The notes: generated by a model not told the origin, from the sequence alone. 64,000 bases of DNA from Eledone cirrhosa (GCA_964016885.1 OZ024742.1:294190001-294254000), one strand, 5' to 3'; positions 50,911-63,735 are shown, counted from the first letter of the stretch. Made by a program: numbers and translations.

Positions 50911-50956
50911 GACCGTCCTGAAGAAGGCCAGTCAAGCCTGAAATGCATAGACGGTC
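50911..50956 (+). ncRNA. Minimal type I hammerhead ribozyme
   Basis: GACCGUC-CUGAAGA-AGGC-cagucaa-GCCU-GAAA-UGCA-UA-GACGGUC. It has a 7-bp stem I, a 4-bp stem II and a palindromic AUGCAU stem/loop III. Confidence 0.85.
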
Positions 50957-51066
50957 GCCCCCCTTGCTTCTGCTGGACACCACCAGAGGGCGTTAGCCCC
51001 GGTGTTTGCGATAGCTCCGGCTTCATAAAACTGTTTCTTTAGAAATACGAAATTTCCGTATATATG

Positions 51067-51115
<49 letters not shown>

Positions 51116-51365
51116 AAATAAAATATTTTATCTTGACTCTGTATACCGTTTATCTTTCACCGAAAGTGGTTTTTCATTACATCTCTTCTTTCCATGATAT
51201 CCGGAATACATTGAGTTCTTCATACGGATTGGACACTACCGTAAACTCTTGGTAGATTTATCTACATATATATATATATATATATATAACGAGGGAAATG
51301 TGGTAAGGAACCAGATGGACCATAACGCACCAAAGTACTCAATACTTAGGGTAGTAGAGTGGGTA

Positions 51366-51458
51366 ATAGGAACGAGTAGGACCCCGACGGCTGGATTTAG
51401 TCCAGAATTAGCCGTCAAAACGGCTTGAGCTCAGCCGTCGGGGTCCTACTCGTTCCTA
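51366..51458. repeat. Inverted repeat (~28-bp arms) next to (TA)n
   Basis: ATAGGAACGAGTAGGACCCCGACGGCTG ... CAGCCGTCGGGGTCCTACTCGTTCCTAT. Confidence 0.9.
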
Positions 51459-51979
51459 TATATATATATAATGTATAATGATTATACATTAAATTTTGCT
51501 CTGGTACTTACATAGAGCACTCTTCACTCCTATGACTTTTTCAATTACAACGGAAACTTCAATACATATATATATTATAAAGTGAAAAGACAGGAGGCCA
51601 AATATAAAATCTGTTGAATTTCATTTACTTTTTAATACTGTAAACACTATGCATATTTCAGTGGCAAGATTGCGTAAGAACCCGTTGACCTCATCAGGTG
51701 TAATAGATGTATACCAACGGAATGATGGTAACATTTATATATATATATATATGTATAAATACCCCCACCCCCACACACATACGCACATACATATATATAT
51801 ATATATTTTTTTTTCAGTGGTCTACCTCTGGTGGTAGGGTCCGTATCGTAGATAGAACTCAATGTGATCCGATGGCGAGTAATCCAGTGAAATCCATAGA
51901 GAAGTTCTGTGTTCCGCTGAGTTAATTCTTTAGATACAGAGTCTGATATTAGGTATTAAATTAACAATAAGAATACAAA

Positions 51980-52212
51980 CAACAAAGTCAAGTTACTTTG
52001 CCTATTCATGTTTTACGATCGTTTCGGAGGGTCGATCATATTTACATATTGTCTGATCTATAGCAGTTATATAACTGTATACTATCAGACCTCATATATA
52101 TATAGGTACGATCAGACTGTCTACTTCGGAAACAACATGTCAATATGATCGACTCTCCGAAACGATCGTAAAACAATGATATGAATAGGTAAAGTAACTT
52201 GACTTTGTTGCT
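51980..52212. repeat. Inverted repeat (~60-70-bp arms)
   Basis: CAACAAAGTCAAGTTACTTTGCCTATTCAT..TTTACGATCGTTTCGGAGGGTCGATCATA pairs with its reverse complement at ~52144-52210. Confidence 0.85.
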
Positions 52213-52339
52213 TTTATTTTCATTTTTCATTGTTAAATATGTATGTATATTGGGGTATGTTAGCTAAGTTAGGGAAGTATTTTATGTTTGATTTGTAAAA
52301 ATATACAGTTGTATAAAATTCCACTTAAAAAAGAAAACC

Positions 52340-52720
52340 CTCCTCAGTTCTGGAGACGGCTGGATTGTCAAGATGGGCTTCCCCTTTGTCCCTTGGGTAA
52401 GAGTAGATATCTCATTTCGGATTCCGCAATCAGTGAATCTTTTGCTACTTCCCACATCCTAGATGCTGAGGTAAATGTGAGGGTCACTACTTTCATAACC
52501 GAACGGAATAAAATTCTAAAATACCGGCTGTTACCGACAAACCTTTTTTTTCCAGCCTGTGAAGATCGAGACATTTGAGGGAGCTGGGCCGCAGAAAACG
52601 AAGTTCATGTCATTGTTGGCGGCTCGCTTTACCGTGATACCCGTGAGGGTGCTTGGCTGTTTCAACGCCTTAGCCTCGCTATCACCCGCCGTAAGGCTAC
52701 CAGTGTGTTGGATTGACTCA
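52340..52720 (+). mobile_element. 3' fragment of a CRE-like element
   Basis: Collinear similarity to 29940-30310 (SESFATSHILDAEVNV..TERNKILKY). Confidence 0.75.
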
Positions 52721-53704
52721 AATAGTATTAGTGGGTGGTGCTGGCACTCCATGAGGTGCGTGACTGATTAACACAGTGTTGACTAAATATTTTCTTTCGT
52801 TTTGATTCTATATTTTTATGTAAAATATTTATGTAATTAAGTAATAGAAATATATCTGTGTATGCGTTGAATTTTGACAGGTATGGTATTTGTGTTTGTA
52901 ATGTAATCTTATCAATCATAATTAGTTTTGGGGAAAACCCGAATTACGGAGAAAAACGGAAACTAACGGAATTGAGTGATACTAGTTTTGTTTTCATTGT
53001 AAGGTTTCGCTAATGAATTCTGGGAAATGTTAATCTGTTCATTGTAATGGCGCTGTGACTGACTTCGTATAAAGACTGAAGGATTGATAGAAGATCATTA
53101 CTGGCTGGTAGCTGGAACTGTATGGATTTTCTTTGCACAAGAGGCAATTTCTGAAATCATTGCTGCGATATATTGATCAATGTTTATACATTCACAGTAG
53201 TTTCTACGAGTAATTTTCTGCAAGACAAGATAATAACTATAGCAAGTGTTCTCTATTTATATTTAAGTTAAAATATATTTGTTTCTCTTTCAAATAATAT
53301 AGCTAGAAACTGTAAACCTAATATTAATCACTGATCTATCTTCTACGTCATCTCACACACTATTTCACCTATATTTCCATCTTGTTTGTCTGTGACCATG
53401 CTATTATTATCCAACCAACTACTTCATTTACAACAAATGTCATATGTACCATCTTTATCACAACATCCTCCTTGCTCTGTTTTCGATAAACAAAAACTAG
53501 CAAAAATTACTATACGTCGACGAGCATTTTGTGAAAAATCGTCCAGTTGTGTGAACACCTTAAGTATATTTAATTGAAGGCACATTACAAACTATTTTAT
53601 TTTCCTTCGAATGAAATACAGTTACAATAATAACACCATCACAACTACTACCTTCTTTTTCCTGCAATATATATATATATCTCGCAAAACATTCAATTCC
53701 ACCT

Positions 53705-53720
53705 ATTTGGCGCCATTCCA
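53705..53720 (+). promoter_or_regulatory. YY1-like CGCCAT motif upstream of the MAF1 ATG
   Basis: ttggCGCCATtcc lies ~165 nt upstream of the start codon. This is a motif match only. Confidence 0.3.
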
Positions 53721-53875
53721 TCATATAATATATATATAATATATTATATACACAGAGGCAGATATTTGTATTAATTACAGCGGTAGATATTTAGTTTGAC
53801 TTTCGCTAGTCACAGAATTAAGGTAATATTTAAAAAAACTAAAAGCCGGAATTTTTTTCAAGAACTGAATTCAAG

Positions 53876-53958
53876 ATGAAGCTTTTGGATAATTTCAAAT
53901 TTGAGGCGATCACTTCAAAACTATCGATGACTCAGGAGAACTGTCAAATAGATGGAAG
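53876..53958 (+). CDS. MAF1: MAF1 (RNA polymerase III repressor) coding exon 1 (MKLLDNFKFEAITSKLSMTQENCQIDG-R)
   Basis: MKLL.N..FEAI N-terminus of MAF1. The exon is 83 nt and ends AG|GTAAGT (phase 2). Confidence 0.93.
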
Positions 53959-56329
53959 GTAAGTTATTGTAGCTATTTCTGCTTTGTGTTGCCCTTATTT
54001 TTCATTTATCCTAGTATTAGTCGACACCCAAGCTGGAGATTGTTAGAGCATCGGATTAAATGGCTCGGTATTTGTTCCGGCTCTCTTAGTTCAAATCTCG
54101 AGGAAGTCAATATGCCTTTCATCTTTCGGAGTTGATGACAAAAAAGTACCATGCCAGGGGCGTTAGATGAGCTGAATTATTAAAGTATCAAGAAGGATGT
54201 TTTGTGGTATTTGATCTGACCCTGTGTGTTCAAATCCCGCCTTCTTTTGCTAGTAGTTGCGACTGTTAGATAGTATCAGTTGTGGAAACCTTGTTTCCTT
54301 GGTTCAATCTGACAATAGCCCCCCCCCCCCCTCTTCTTTCTAGTGATGTTAGACTAATTTAAATTCCTTGAGATATTACGTAGCGGAAATATAGCTTTCT
54401 CCGGGAAAGAATTAGAGTTGAATTCCATTACCTGTGACGAATGAAACGAAGGAAAATATTTTTTTTTATAGTTTTACTTTATTTTCTGTGGAAAACTGGT
54501 GTCGGTGATCTCTTAAATAGACGGCAATCGCCGTACATAATAAAAAATAAATGGTACCTAATTGATCTATATTTGTAAATTGTGAACGATTTATTAGTAA
54601 AAGAAAAGAAAAGCAAATATCAACTTCATCTCTTTTCCACATTTCCGCGGAAATTTTGTATAAATGGATTCAGAACGATTCATTAGTAAAAGAAAATGTT
54701 TAAAATTTAATTATGTTTGAAAACGGTTAAAGAAAATTATTGTTATCGATTTAAACGAATATAAAATGAAATTATTGATCAGATGTTGCCTTCTAATTAA
54801 AACGAAGTGTAATTAAAACCACTCGTGTGTGTTAAATTAGATTTGGCGTATGTTTTGTGAAACTGCGTTTTTGTGGGCCAAAAATATCAATAAAGCCGAA
54901 GTGTTTGCTTTATAAGTTGTTTATAGACAGAAAGAGTTGTTGTTGCGACTGCTGTTGTTATTTACTTAGAGGAAGGATGGATGACTGTATCATGGTTATA
55001 CTGTTTCCTGGTATTTTTCATCTTGAAATAAGAAAACAAAAATATCTCGTCTACTTTTCCGGATTCATTGTGTATACACACACACACATACATTCACATA
55101 CATTAGGGTTCTGACTCAGTGGGTTTCAAAAGCTTTTCCCTGCAAAGGATCCATTTTATTTAAACGAATTATCCACACTTACCCTCCCGTATTGTCAGAA
55201 TAACAATCGAAAGAGAAAGAAGCGATACAAGATAGTGTGTGCATATTATATTTTAAACAAATTACTTGAAATTTTGAAATTATTTTGGTAAATTTACAGA
55301 ACACCCCTCCCCCCCGTTCGGTGAGAAATTGTATTCCTTTTTTTTTTTTTTTTTTCGTGTATTTTCCACGAATCTGATCTAATCCGCCGGAAAGTAAGGA
55401 TAAAATGGGAGGTATAAAAATAACTTAATTTTCTTGAATTACCGAAACGAATATATTTCGTTTTAATGTGGATCAAATTTATTTCTCGATATTAAACAAT
55501 AACTTCGCCAGTTTCCGTGCTGTATGTCGTTTATTTTTAATTCTGTAGTTGCTATATTTGTGTATGTTCGACTATCTCTCTACATCAGTTTGCCGAACAC
55601 TCACGCACATATATGTAAAGAAATCTGCAAGGGTCCCGTTTTATTAAAAGAAACCTCCAAAACCCAGTTGTTTTCGACGTTTAGAGGTTAGATACGTTGA
55701 AAACATGAAAAAACAGGAAAAAATGCTCACCAAACAAAATTCTGAGACCCCCCCCCCCCATTTTTTTTTTCGTGTGTTCTTAACGAATTTGGCTTCTAAA
55801 TCAGTCGGAAACGACTCCTTCCAGGGCCTCTAAGACTAATGGAAGAAAGTGGGGAAAGAATATATTCTCAAACTGGCGACTTGATTCGAATACTTGCAAC
55901 ATAGTGGACTCAGCAAAAGCACCCAAGGACTAGCTGGTGATAAGTGGTGATGTTACACCAGGTAACATACTAAGTCTATAACTAAAGAACTCGTGATAGG
56001 GGAACAGTTGAATCACAATGTACTGCCTGGTCTGGGATTTGAACACATGACATTACGATTGTGAGGCCAAGGCGCTAACTACTTGTCCATGATTATTGAT
56101 GTTTGTCGTTCTCAAAATTATGTCATACAGCTTGGCATCAGCTGGCAAATAACTACAAATTTTCAGCATCAATACATTTAGTTTGCTTATTCTTTTCCAC
56201 CGCATAATGTATTGTGTAACTCTATATAAGTAATATTGGTTTAAGTGAATCATCGGGTAGACAGGTCAGAGAACTGTCTTGCTCGTGTTTCATATTTTGG
56301 CATAATTTCTACAGCTAGTTGCCCTGCCT

Positions 56330-56705
56330 AATGCCACCCACTTTACAAAGTGTACTGAGTACATTTTATTGTGGCATCAGTACTACCACTTTACAGGGTG
56401 GACTAGGTGCTTTTGTCTTAGCACCACCACTTTCCAGAGTGAGCTGGGTAAATTTTATCTTGGTACCAGCACTACCACTTTTCACTATGGGCTGGGTGCA
56501 TTTTATTGTGGAACCAACACTCCTACTTTACAGGGTGGACTGGGTGCTTTTGTCATAGTACCACTTTCCAGAGTGAGCTGGGTAAGTTTTATTGTGGTAC
56601 CAGCACTACCACTTTTCTATGTAGGCTGGGTGCATTTTATTGTGGCACCAGCACTATCACTTTGCTGTTCACTAGCACTTTACAGATTAGACTGAGTGTA
56701 TTTTA
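56330..56705 (+). repeat. Diverged ~44-48-bp tandem repeat derived from a SINE-internal segment
   Basis: Repeated CCACTTT(A/C)CAG(A/G)GTG..CTGGGT...GTGG(C/T)ACCAGCACTA units. Confidence 0.8.
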
Positions 56706-59700
56706 TCAATGAGCAATATTAAAGTTTAACTAAATTAAAACACTCAAACTTGATTCTTTATATTTTTTTTATTTGTGTTGTACTTTTTTATTCTTTCAGT
56801 GGTTTCAATCTTTAGACAGTGGCCATGCTTGGACACTGGCTTGAAGGACTTAGTCGATGATATTAACCCCAGTACTTATTTTAGTAGTCTTGTATATATT
56901 TTATTGCACTCTTTTGTCGAACTAACAAGTTATAGGATATAACAGAAACAAATGCACACACACACACACCGTCGACGTCGTTTTAACGTCCGTTTCCCTT
57001 CTAGCAAGGGTTGGACGAGTCTACACAGACCAAGTTATATATGACAGGCTTCTGCAGTTTCTGACTACCAAATTTCACTCAAAAAGTATTGGTCAGCCCG
57101 ACGCTACAGTAAACACTTGTTCAATGTGCCATTCAATGGGGCTGAATTTGAAAGCATATGATTGTGAAGAGAACTCCTTAACCACAACCATGCTTGTGCC
57201 TGTCGTACAGAGATTAATGCTAAATTTTCTAACAATTTTGAAAAGCTTTCTGCTAAACATGTTTTATTTATATTTCAATATATTTGAATTTCTTAGCAAA
57301 GTCTTATTTTGTCCCGATACTCTGCATTTTCAAATCTGTGTTTCTCAAAGCTGAGCTAGGAAAATATATCGACATAATATTCAATTTGGCATTCTGTCTT
57401 TCTGTCGCCTATTTGAATACCCTCCTATTTGGCGAGTGTATCAGTTTGGTTAAAATATATGCGGGTTACTAGTTGGCTTCTTGACAAAAAATTATCTCCT
57501 GTCTCTATTTCTTTCGTGCAAGGGAGAGAATTACCTGAAATCAACAAGTATTTCAATCATTTTATTTAAGTGATAGATAATGTCCAGGCAATCAAACTGT
57601 TCTAAAACTTCCTTTTACTGTGTCCAGAGACAAACATCTGTTTCATTGTTTTATTGATTTAGATTTAATCAATCTACCTAATAATGTTAATCTTGTTTGG
57701 GTTGATTATTTAACTAATTAAGAATACACTTCAATTGTATCAAAGACATGACAGCCTTCCTACTGGTTGTACCACGATAAAATATATGCAGTACACTCTG
57801 TAAAGTGGTTGGTAATAGGATGGTTATCCAGTCATAGAAATCATGCTAAACAAAGGGCTGAGGGAACTCTTCAATTGTGTCAAGGACTCCCTAGTGTTGG
57901 TAACCATGATAAAATACATACAGTACACTCTTTAAAGTGGTTAGCTTCAGTAGAGTCAAGGACATCTAGTTGTAGAAACCTTGCTTAACAAAGTTCTTAG
58001 AGGACTCATTAGTAGAGTCAAGGACATGATAACTTCCCTAGTGTTGGTGCCACAGTAAAATGCACCCAGTACACTTTGTAAAGTGGTTAGTGTTACAGCA
58101 TTTCATTGTAGAAAACATGCATCCCCAAACCAGAATGCCTGTAAGTGAGATGTGACGCTCGGCCCATCTGGGAGGATAGTAACACTGATTAAGTTCTGAC
58201 TTCGTCTGTCATAACTTGTCCAACACATGCCAACATGGGAATAACAGGTATAAGATAACAATAATGTTCAGTTTTATGTTTTAAAATATTAAAAGCTAAT
58301 TTAAATATAGCTGATAGTTCATGCTATTATCATAATCATGATGATCATCATCATCATTTGCCCACTTTGCATGCTGGCAAGAGTTCAATGGGTTATCACA
58401 GTTTGCGACTTAAGATCATGTTGGTTTTCACCGAGGATGAGTTGAGCCAGTTCCAACTATTGTATCTATAGCATTGTGAACAGAAGCCACCTATGCATGG
58501 GGATCACAGACAACCAACACAGATATTGTAAGCTAGTCACAATTTCAAATGCACACAATGTATGCCGGTTCCAACCAGTAACCCCCCCCCCCCTCCCCAA
58601 CACACACATTGCAAACAGTGGCTGCTCATGCACAGTGGCTACAGATGCCTGATGCAGATATTTTCAATTAGTCACGATTTCGATAGTGGATGTCATATAT
58701 GAGAAGACCCAAACATTTTGTGAACACCAACTTATTAATGGCTTCATGGTTAGTTGTTTTACTCACAATTATAAGATCGTGGGTTTGATTTCTGGACCAG
58801 GTGGCATGTTGTGTTCTTGAGCAAGGCATTTTATGTTGCTATTCAAGGTTAGGTACCCTAACACTCAAGAAACCCTTCTAAGTAGGAGGCTAGCTAAACC
58901 CACATAATAGAGAACTGTAAATTTCATTTCATTACAACTAAATAATGAAAAGGCTATGTTTATTAACTCCCTCCAAATTCTTGATTATTTTCAAAATGAT
59001 TTGAAAATTAGAGATGGTGTCTTTCATTTAAAATATTGTAATTAAATGGTTGTTTATTTCTTCACTTCATTAATTTCGTTTCACAAAATATTTTAAAAAG
59101 TGTGCCATGGCCACTGTAAAAAGTTGAAGAAGTTCTATATTTAAAGCTTGGGTTGACTGTTTCTAACAATATTATCAGTAAAATGCGTAACCTAGATTGT
59201 GTAGCTAAGTTGAGCATCAAGTGACAATGAAGTTGATTGTTGTAAGGATGTGTCTTAAAGCCTGTCTGTCTAGCTTGCTTGAAATATCTTGTTAATAGTA
59301 CTTGTTCTTTTGTTTTGATGAGGTTGAAGTAATAAGTTTGTTAACAATTTTCTGACCTTATTTTTAACAAGAATATACTACTTTTGTGTCCATGTAGTAC
59401 AGTCATGTGAAAACTATAGCCCACGAGCCACATTCAGCCCATTTAGCTTTCTGAATGGCATGCCTAAGTTAAAAATTGCCTTGAATTTTTTTAGTAGTAT
59501 GGCCTGCTTTATTAGAAATATGGTAATGAAAGGATTAAAAATAATAGTATAATTTTTACCATATTTCTTATGAAATATATTGTATTTCAATCAATTAATT
59601 AATGAAGAATTTAGTGGCATTTACTAAAATTATTTCATTATTGAGATGGTGTTTGTAACATAACAAAAGGTATTTATATAAAGTTATCTTGGAAGATTTT

Positions 59701-60220
59701 AGTTTAAACAGGAACCTTTTAAAATGGGTAGTTTTGTTTCATTGAACCAAAAGTGGTTTGGGGCAGGTTGGTATAAAAAAGAGGTTAAATATTTCACTGT
59801 TAAAAAGGGGTCAAGAGGACTTGTCAGTTGTGTCAAGAGCACAACTTCTCTAGTGTTGGTGCCATAACACACATTTAGTACACTCCTTAAATTGTTTGGT
59901 GATAGGGAGGGCATCAACCTGTAGAAAACTTGCCAAACAAAAGGTCGATAGGACTCATCAGTTGTACTTAAAGATATGACAACCTTCCTTGTATTGGTGT
60001 CATGATAAAATGCACCGAGTACACTCTGTAGAGTGTGATCATATGCATGTAAGCAAGACCCCCCCCCCACACACACACACACACTCATCTGAAGTCAGTA
60101 GCCTTGACGAAATACTGCTAGCAGGGAGAATGCACATTAAATGATAAGGTATTGTTTGTTTAAATTTTAAATGTATTAAGAAATGTTTTTTTTTTTTTTT
60201 TTTTTTTGTTATTATTTCAG

Positions 60221-60358
60221 GTTAGAAAGTTACTCATGTAAAATGGCAGGAAGTGACAAAAGATTATTTAAAGCAATCAGCAGTGATGGTGGTTTCTCTC
60301 CCAATGATTTACAGGCATTGTCTCCACCACAGGGTCTCACATCACACAGCCCAAATCA
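60221..60358 (+). CDS. MAF1: MAF1 coding exon 2 ([47 protein letters not shown])
   Basis: Poly-T/tttcAG acceptor and GTGAGT donor. It contains the hallmark [11 protein letters not shown] and ALSPPQ motifs. Confidence 0.95.
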
Positions 60359-61194
60359 GTGAGTTCAATTTTATGGATTATTTTAATTAACTCTTAATGT
60401 CCTCTACCACATGAAACTGCATTAACAAGACATTCTTGAAAAGTACAAAACAGCACTATGACTGCATCACATTAAATATTAAAATCTTTAATACTGAAAT
60501 TTTCTACAACTATCTGTCTACTGCTAAAGGCTCAGTTGAATTGTCAAACTCATTTTTTTAGATATTTTCTTCTCAATCATTGCAGAATGTTTAGAGGTTT
60601 AACTATCTATTATAATTTTCTCTTTAAAAATAATGTACAAATTCAGAAAATAATGTTTTTCCTTAATTTTTCTGTTACCATATTTCTAATGAAAAATAAA
60701 AAATTCTTGTGTTGAAATTAATTTTGAAGATAGTAAAAAATTTGGAAGAATTTAATATCTTTTTCATTAGTAAACTGATATTTAGAATATATCTTAACAA
60801 AAACTTCTTAAATAAAATTAAGATAGGAAGTTTTTAGATAAATATAAACATTTAAAAATAAACAGAAGCAGTTTCAGGCAGGTTTTCCTGAGTGTATTTC
60901 CAATGAAATACACTCTATTTCAATTAATTAATGAAGAATTTTAAGGGAATTACTAAGACAGTATCTTAATATAGTATTCTTATATAAAATTATGTTTTTA
61001 TATAAATAGGAACCATTTAAAATCCTGGTTCTGGTGGGTTGGTATCAAAAAGGTTACTAATATTATCAATGTCCAAACATGTGCATTAAATATATATTTT
61101 AAAATGACAATATTAAAGTTTTTCTTAATTCCGTTTTGTTTAATGTCCCAACAAATTTAAAGCTCACCTGATTGAGTGTAAACTTTATTTTCAG

Positions 61195-61357
61195 AATCAA
61201 CTCCCATAGTTACAGTGATGGAGAAGGGCCTCTTTGTGATACGATATCCACAAAAACATTGTTTTATTTGATCTCCACATTGAATGCTTCTTTCCAACCA
61301 GACTATGATTTCAGCAAAGCCAAGAGTGAAGAATTTAGCAAAGAATTTTCTGTACAG
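61195..61357 (+). CDS. MAF1: MAF1 coding exon 3 ([54 protein letters not shown]); gene continues past the window end
   Basis: ttttcAG acceptor and GTACAC donor. It contains the MAF1 signature KTLFYLI.TLN.SF.PDYDFS and is in frame with exons 1-2. Confidence 0.95.
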
Positions 61358-61489
61358 GTACACTTTTATACTATTCATGAATTTCACACAGGTACTTTTT
61401 GTGTATGTTTTGGTATGGCATTTACTACAAGGTCCTTTTGGGACACTTTTTCATCATTAATGAATTTTAAAAAGGTACTTTTTAGTGTA

Positions 61490-61676
61490 CTGGAGTGCTG
61501 AAAAGTTCCTGGCTTTGGGTAAAAGAAAATACAGGAGGATCAGTTAATTATGATTTTATTCAACATATTCCCCTCTCAGATTCACACACTTATTGCAGTG
61601 GTCCTACCTCCCTTATAAACGTAACAGCTCTACCCTTTTGTGATACCGTTAAGCCAGGAACTTTTCAGCACCCCGG
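61490..61676. mobile_element. Tc1/mariner-type MITE
   Basis: TA|CTGGAGTGCTGAAAAGTTCCTGGCTT ... AAGCCAGGAACTTTTCAGCACCCCGG|TA, giving 26-bp TIRs and a TA TSD. Confidence 0.85.
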
Positions 61677-62509
61677 TATGTATTGGGAAGACATTGTCAA
61701 ATTTTTATCCCCGTAACACTTTTTTTTTCACCATATTTCTTTCTATTGAAAATCACTGCCTATTGTTTTCAAATAATTTAGAAAATAATCAAGAATTTGA
61801 AAGGATTTAGTAATATAAGTAATGTAACTTAACAAAGGTTCTTACATAAAAATATGAAAGAAAATTTTTAGATAAAAATAAACACTTTAAAACAAAGTTT
61901 TGTATCATGAACCCAGGCAGTTTGGGATACATTAACCCTTCTGATTGCATTTTTTTGAAGAAGATGGTCACATTCTTCCTCCACACACTGCAGCCTTGTG
62001 GTCAGATGATACTTGTGACCACCAGAGGGATTTGAATCCCTAAATGGAATTTGAATTTGGAATACAAAGTACTGGCACTGAGGTGTAGACAATGACACTC
62101 ACTCAGACTTACATATATGATGGGCTTCTGTATAGTTTGGATTTACCACATTTCATGTATAAGACAGAGGCTTGCCCAAGGTGCCATGCAGTGGGGACCA
62201 AACCCAAGACCTTTTGATGCCGAAATGAATTTCTTAACCATGCAGACATGGTTATTTACTCTTTCATCATCATTTTATATCCGCTTTCCATGTTAGCATA
62301 GGTTGGACAGGTTGTCAGGGTTTGTGACCAGAGTGGTTAAAGCAACCTCATCTTGCACATACACGTTCCATATTTGGCATGGCTTCTATGGCTGGATGCC
62401 TTTCTTTATTGTGGCACCACCACTACCAATTTACAGAATGTGCTGCATGTCTTTTGCACCACTAACACTACCAATTTACTGAGTGTACTAGGGGTGTTTT
62501 TCATGGAAC

Positions 62510-63245
62510 TGGCACTACTACCACTTTACAGAATGTACTGGTTGTATTTTATCTTTGCACCAGTCCTACCACTTTACAGAATGTACTGGGTGTATTTTAT
62601 CTTTGCACCAGTCCTACCACTTTACAGAATGTACTGGGTGTATTTTATGATTGCACCAGTACTACCACTTTACAGAATGTACTGGGTGTATTTTATCATG
62701 GCACCAGTCCTACCACTTTACAGAATGTACTGGTTGTATTTTATCTTTGCACCAGTCCTACCACTTTACAGAATGTACTGGGTGTATTTTATCTTTGCAC
62801 CAGTCCTACCACTTTACAGAATGTACTGGGTGTATTTTATGATTGCACCAGTACTACCACTTTACAGAATGTACTGGGTGTATTTTATCATGGCACCAGT
62901 ACTACCACTTTACAGAATGTACTGGGTGTATTTTATAATTGCACCAGTACTACCACTTTACAGAATGTACTGGGTGTATTTTATGATTGCACCAGTACTA
63001 CCACTTTACAGAATGTACTGGGTGTATTTTATCATGGCACCAGTACTACCACTTTACAGAATGTACTGGGTGTATTTTATAATTGCACCAGTACTACCAC
63101 TTTACAGAATGTACTGGGTGTATTTTATGATTGCACCAGTACTACCACTTTACAGAATGTACTGGGTGTATTTTATCATGGCACCAGTCCATATATTTAC
63201 AGAATGTACTGGTTGCTTCATGGCACCACCACTACCACTTACCTT
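62510..63245 (+). repeat. 48-bp minisatellite (about 14-15 units) in MAF1 intron 3
   Basis: Unit GCACCAGTACTACCACTTTACAGAATGTACTGGGTGTATTTTATCATG. It explains the 305-aa repetitive ORF. Confidence 0.95.
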
Positions 63246-63499
63246 GTGTACTGAGTATATTTTGTTGTAACACTAGCTCCATGACAGTCTGCTAAATTTA
63301 TCTTATCAAGAAATTGTCATAAATATAGTCAGACTGAGAAGTCCTCTCCATATGGGAGACATATAATATTCTTATATAATTGATATCAAAACTTCAATTT
63401 ATTTTAATTTTACTCTTTGTCATATATTTTAGGAACGACTTTGTTGATTTTACTTTTAAGAATAGATAAATTCTTTAAGTATTTTTTAAAATGATGATC

Positions 63500-63735
63500 A
63501 ATACCTGAATAGTAGTTTCCATTCTTGGAGGGTTGTAGAGGCAGAGTCCTCAAGTACTCCTTCCAGCAGGTCCTGTCAGAAGCAATCATCTCCAATTGAT
63601 CTGGCTGGATCCCCAAGCGAAGCTAGCCAAGCTCATGGATATTATGTTGCTCAGAGTCTACTCCTGGGTCTGCTAGAAGGAGTTTTTGGGAACTCTTCCT
63701 CCACGACCCCCCCCCCCCCCCCCCAGAATAAGTGG
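63500..63735 (-). mobile_element. RTE (Expander-like) LINE 3' end fragment
   Basis: LGIQPDQLEMIASDRTCWKEYLRTLPLQP is typical of an RTE C-terminus. Confidence 0.65.

Noticed and set aside
62353-63270. 305-aa ORF of 16-aa hydrophobic repeats, or a CRISPR-like array
   Set aside because: It is a 48-bp head-to-tail minisatellite with no unique spacers, lies in an intron, and is open only because the unit lacks stops in that frame.
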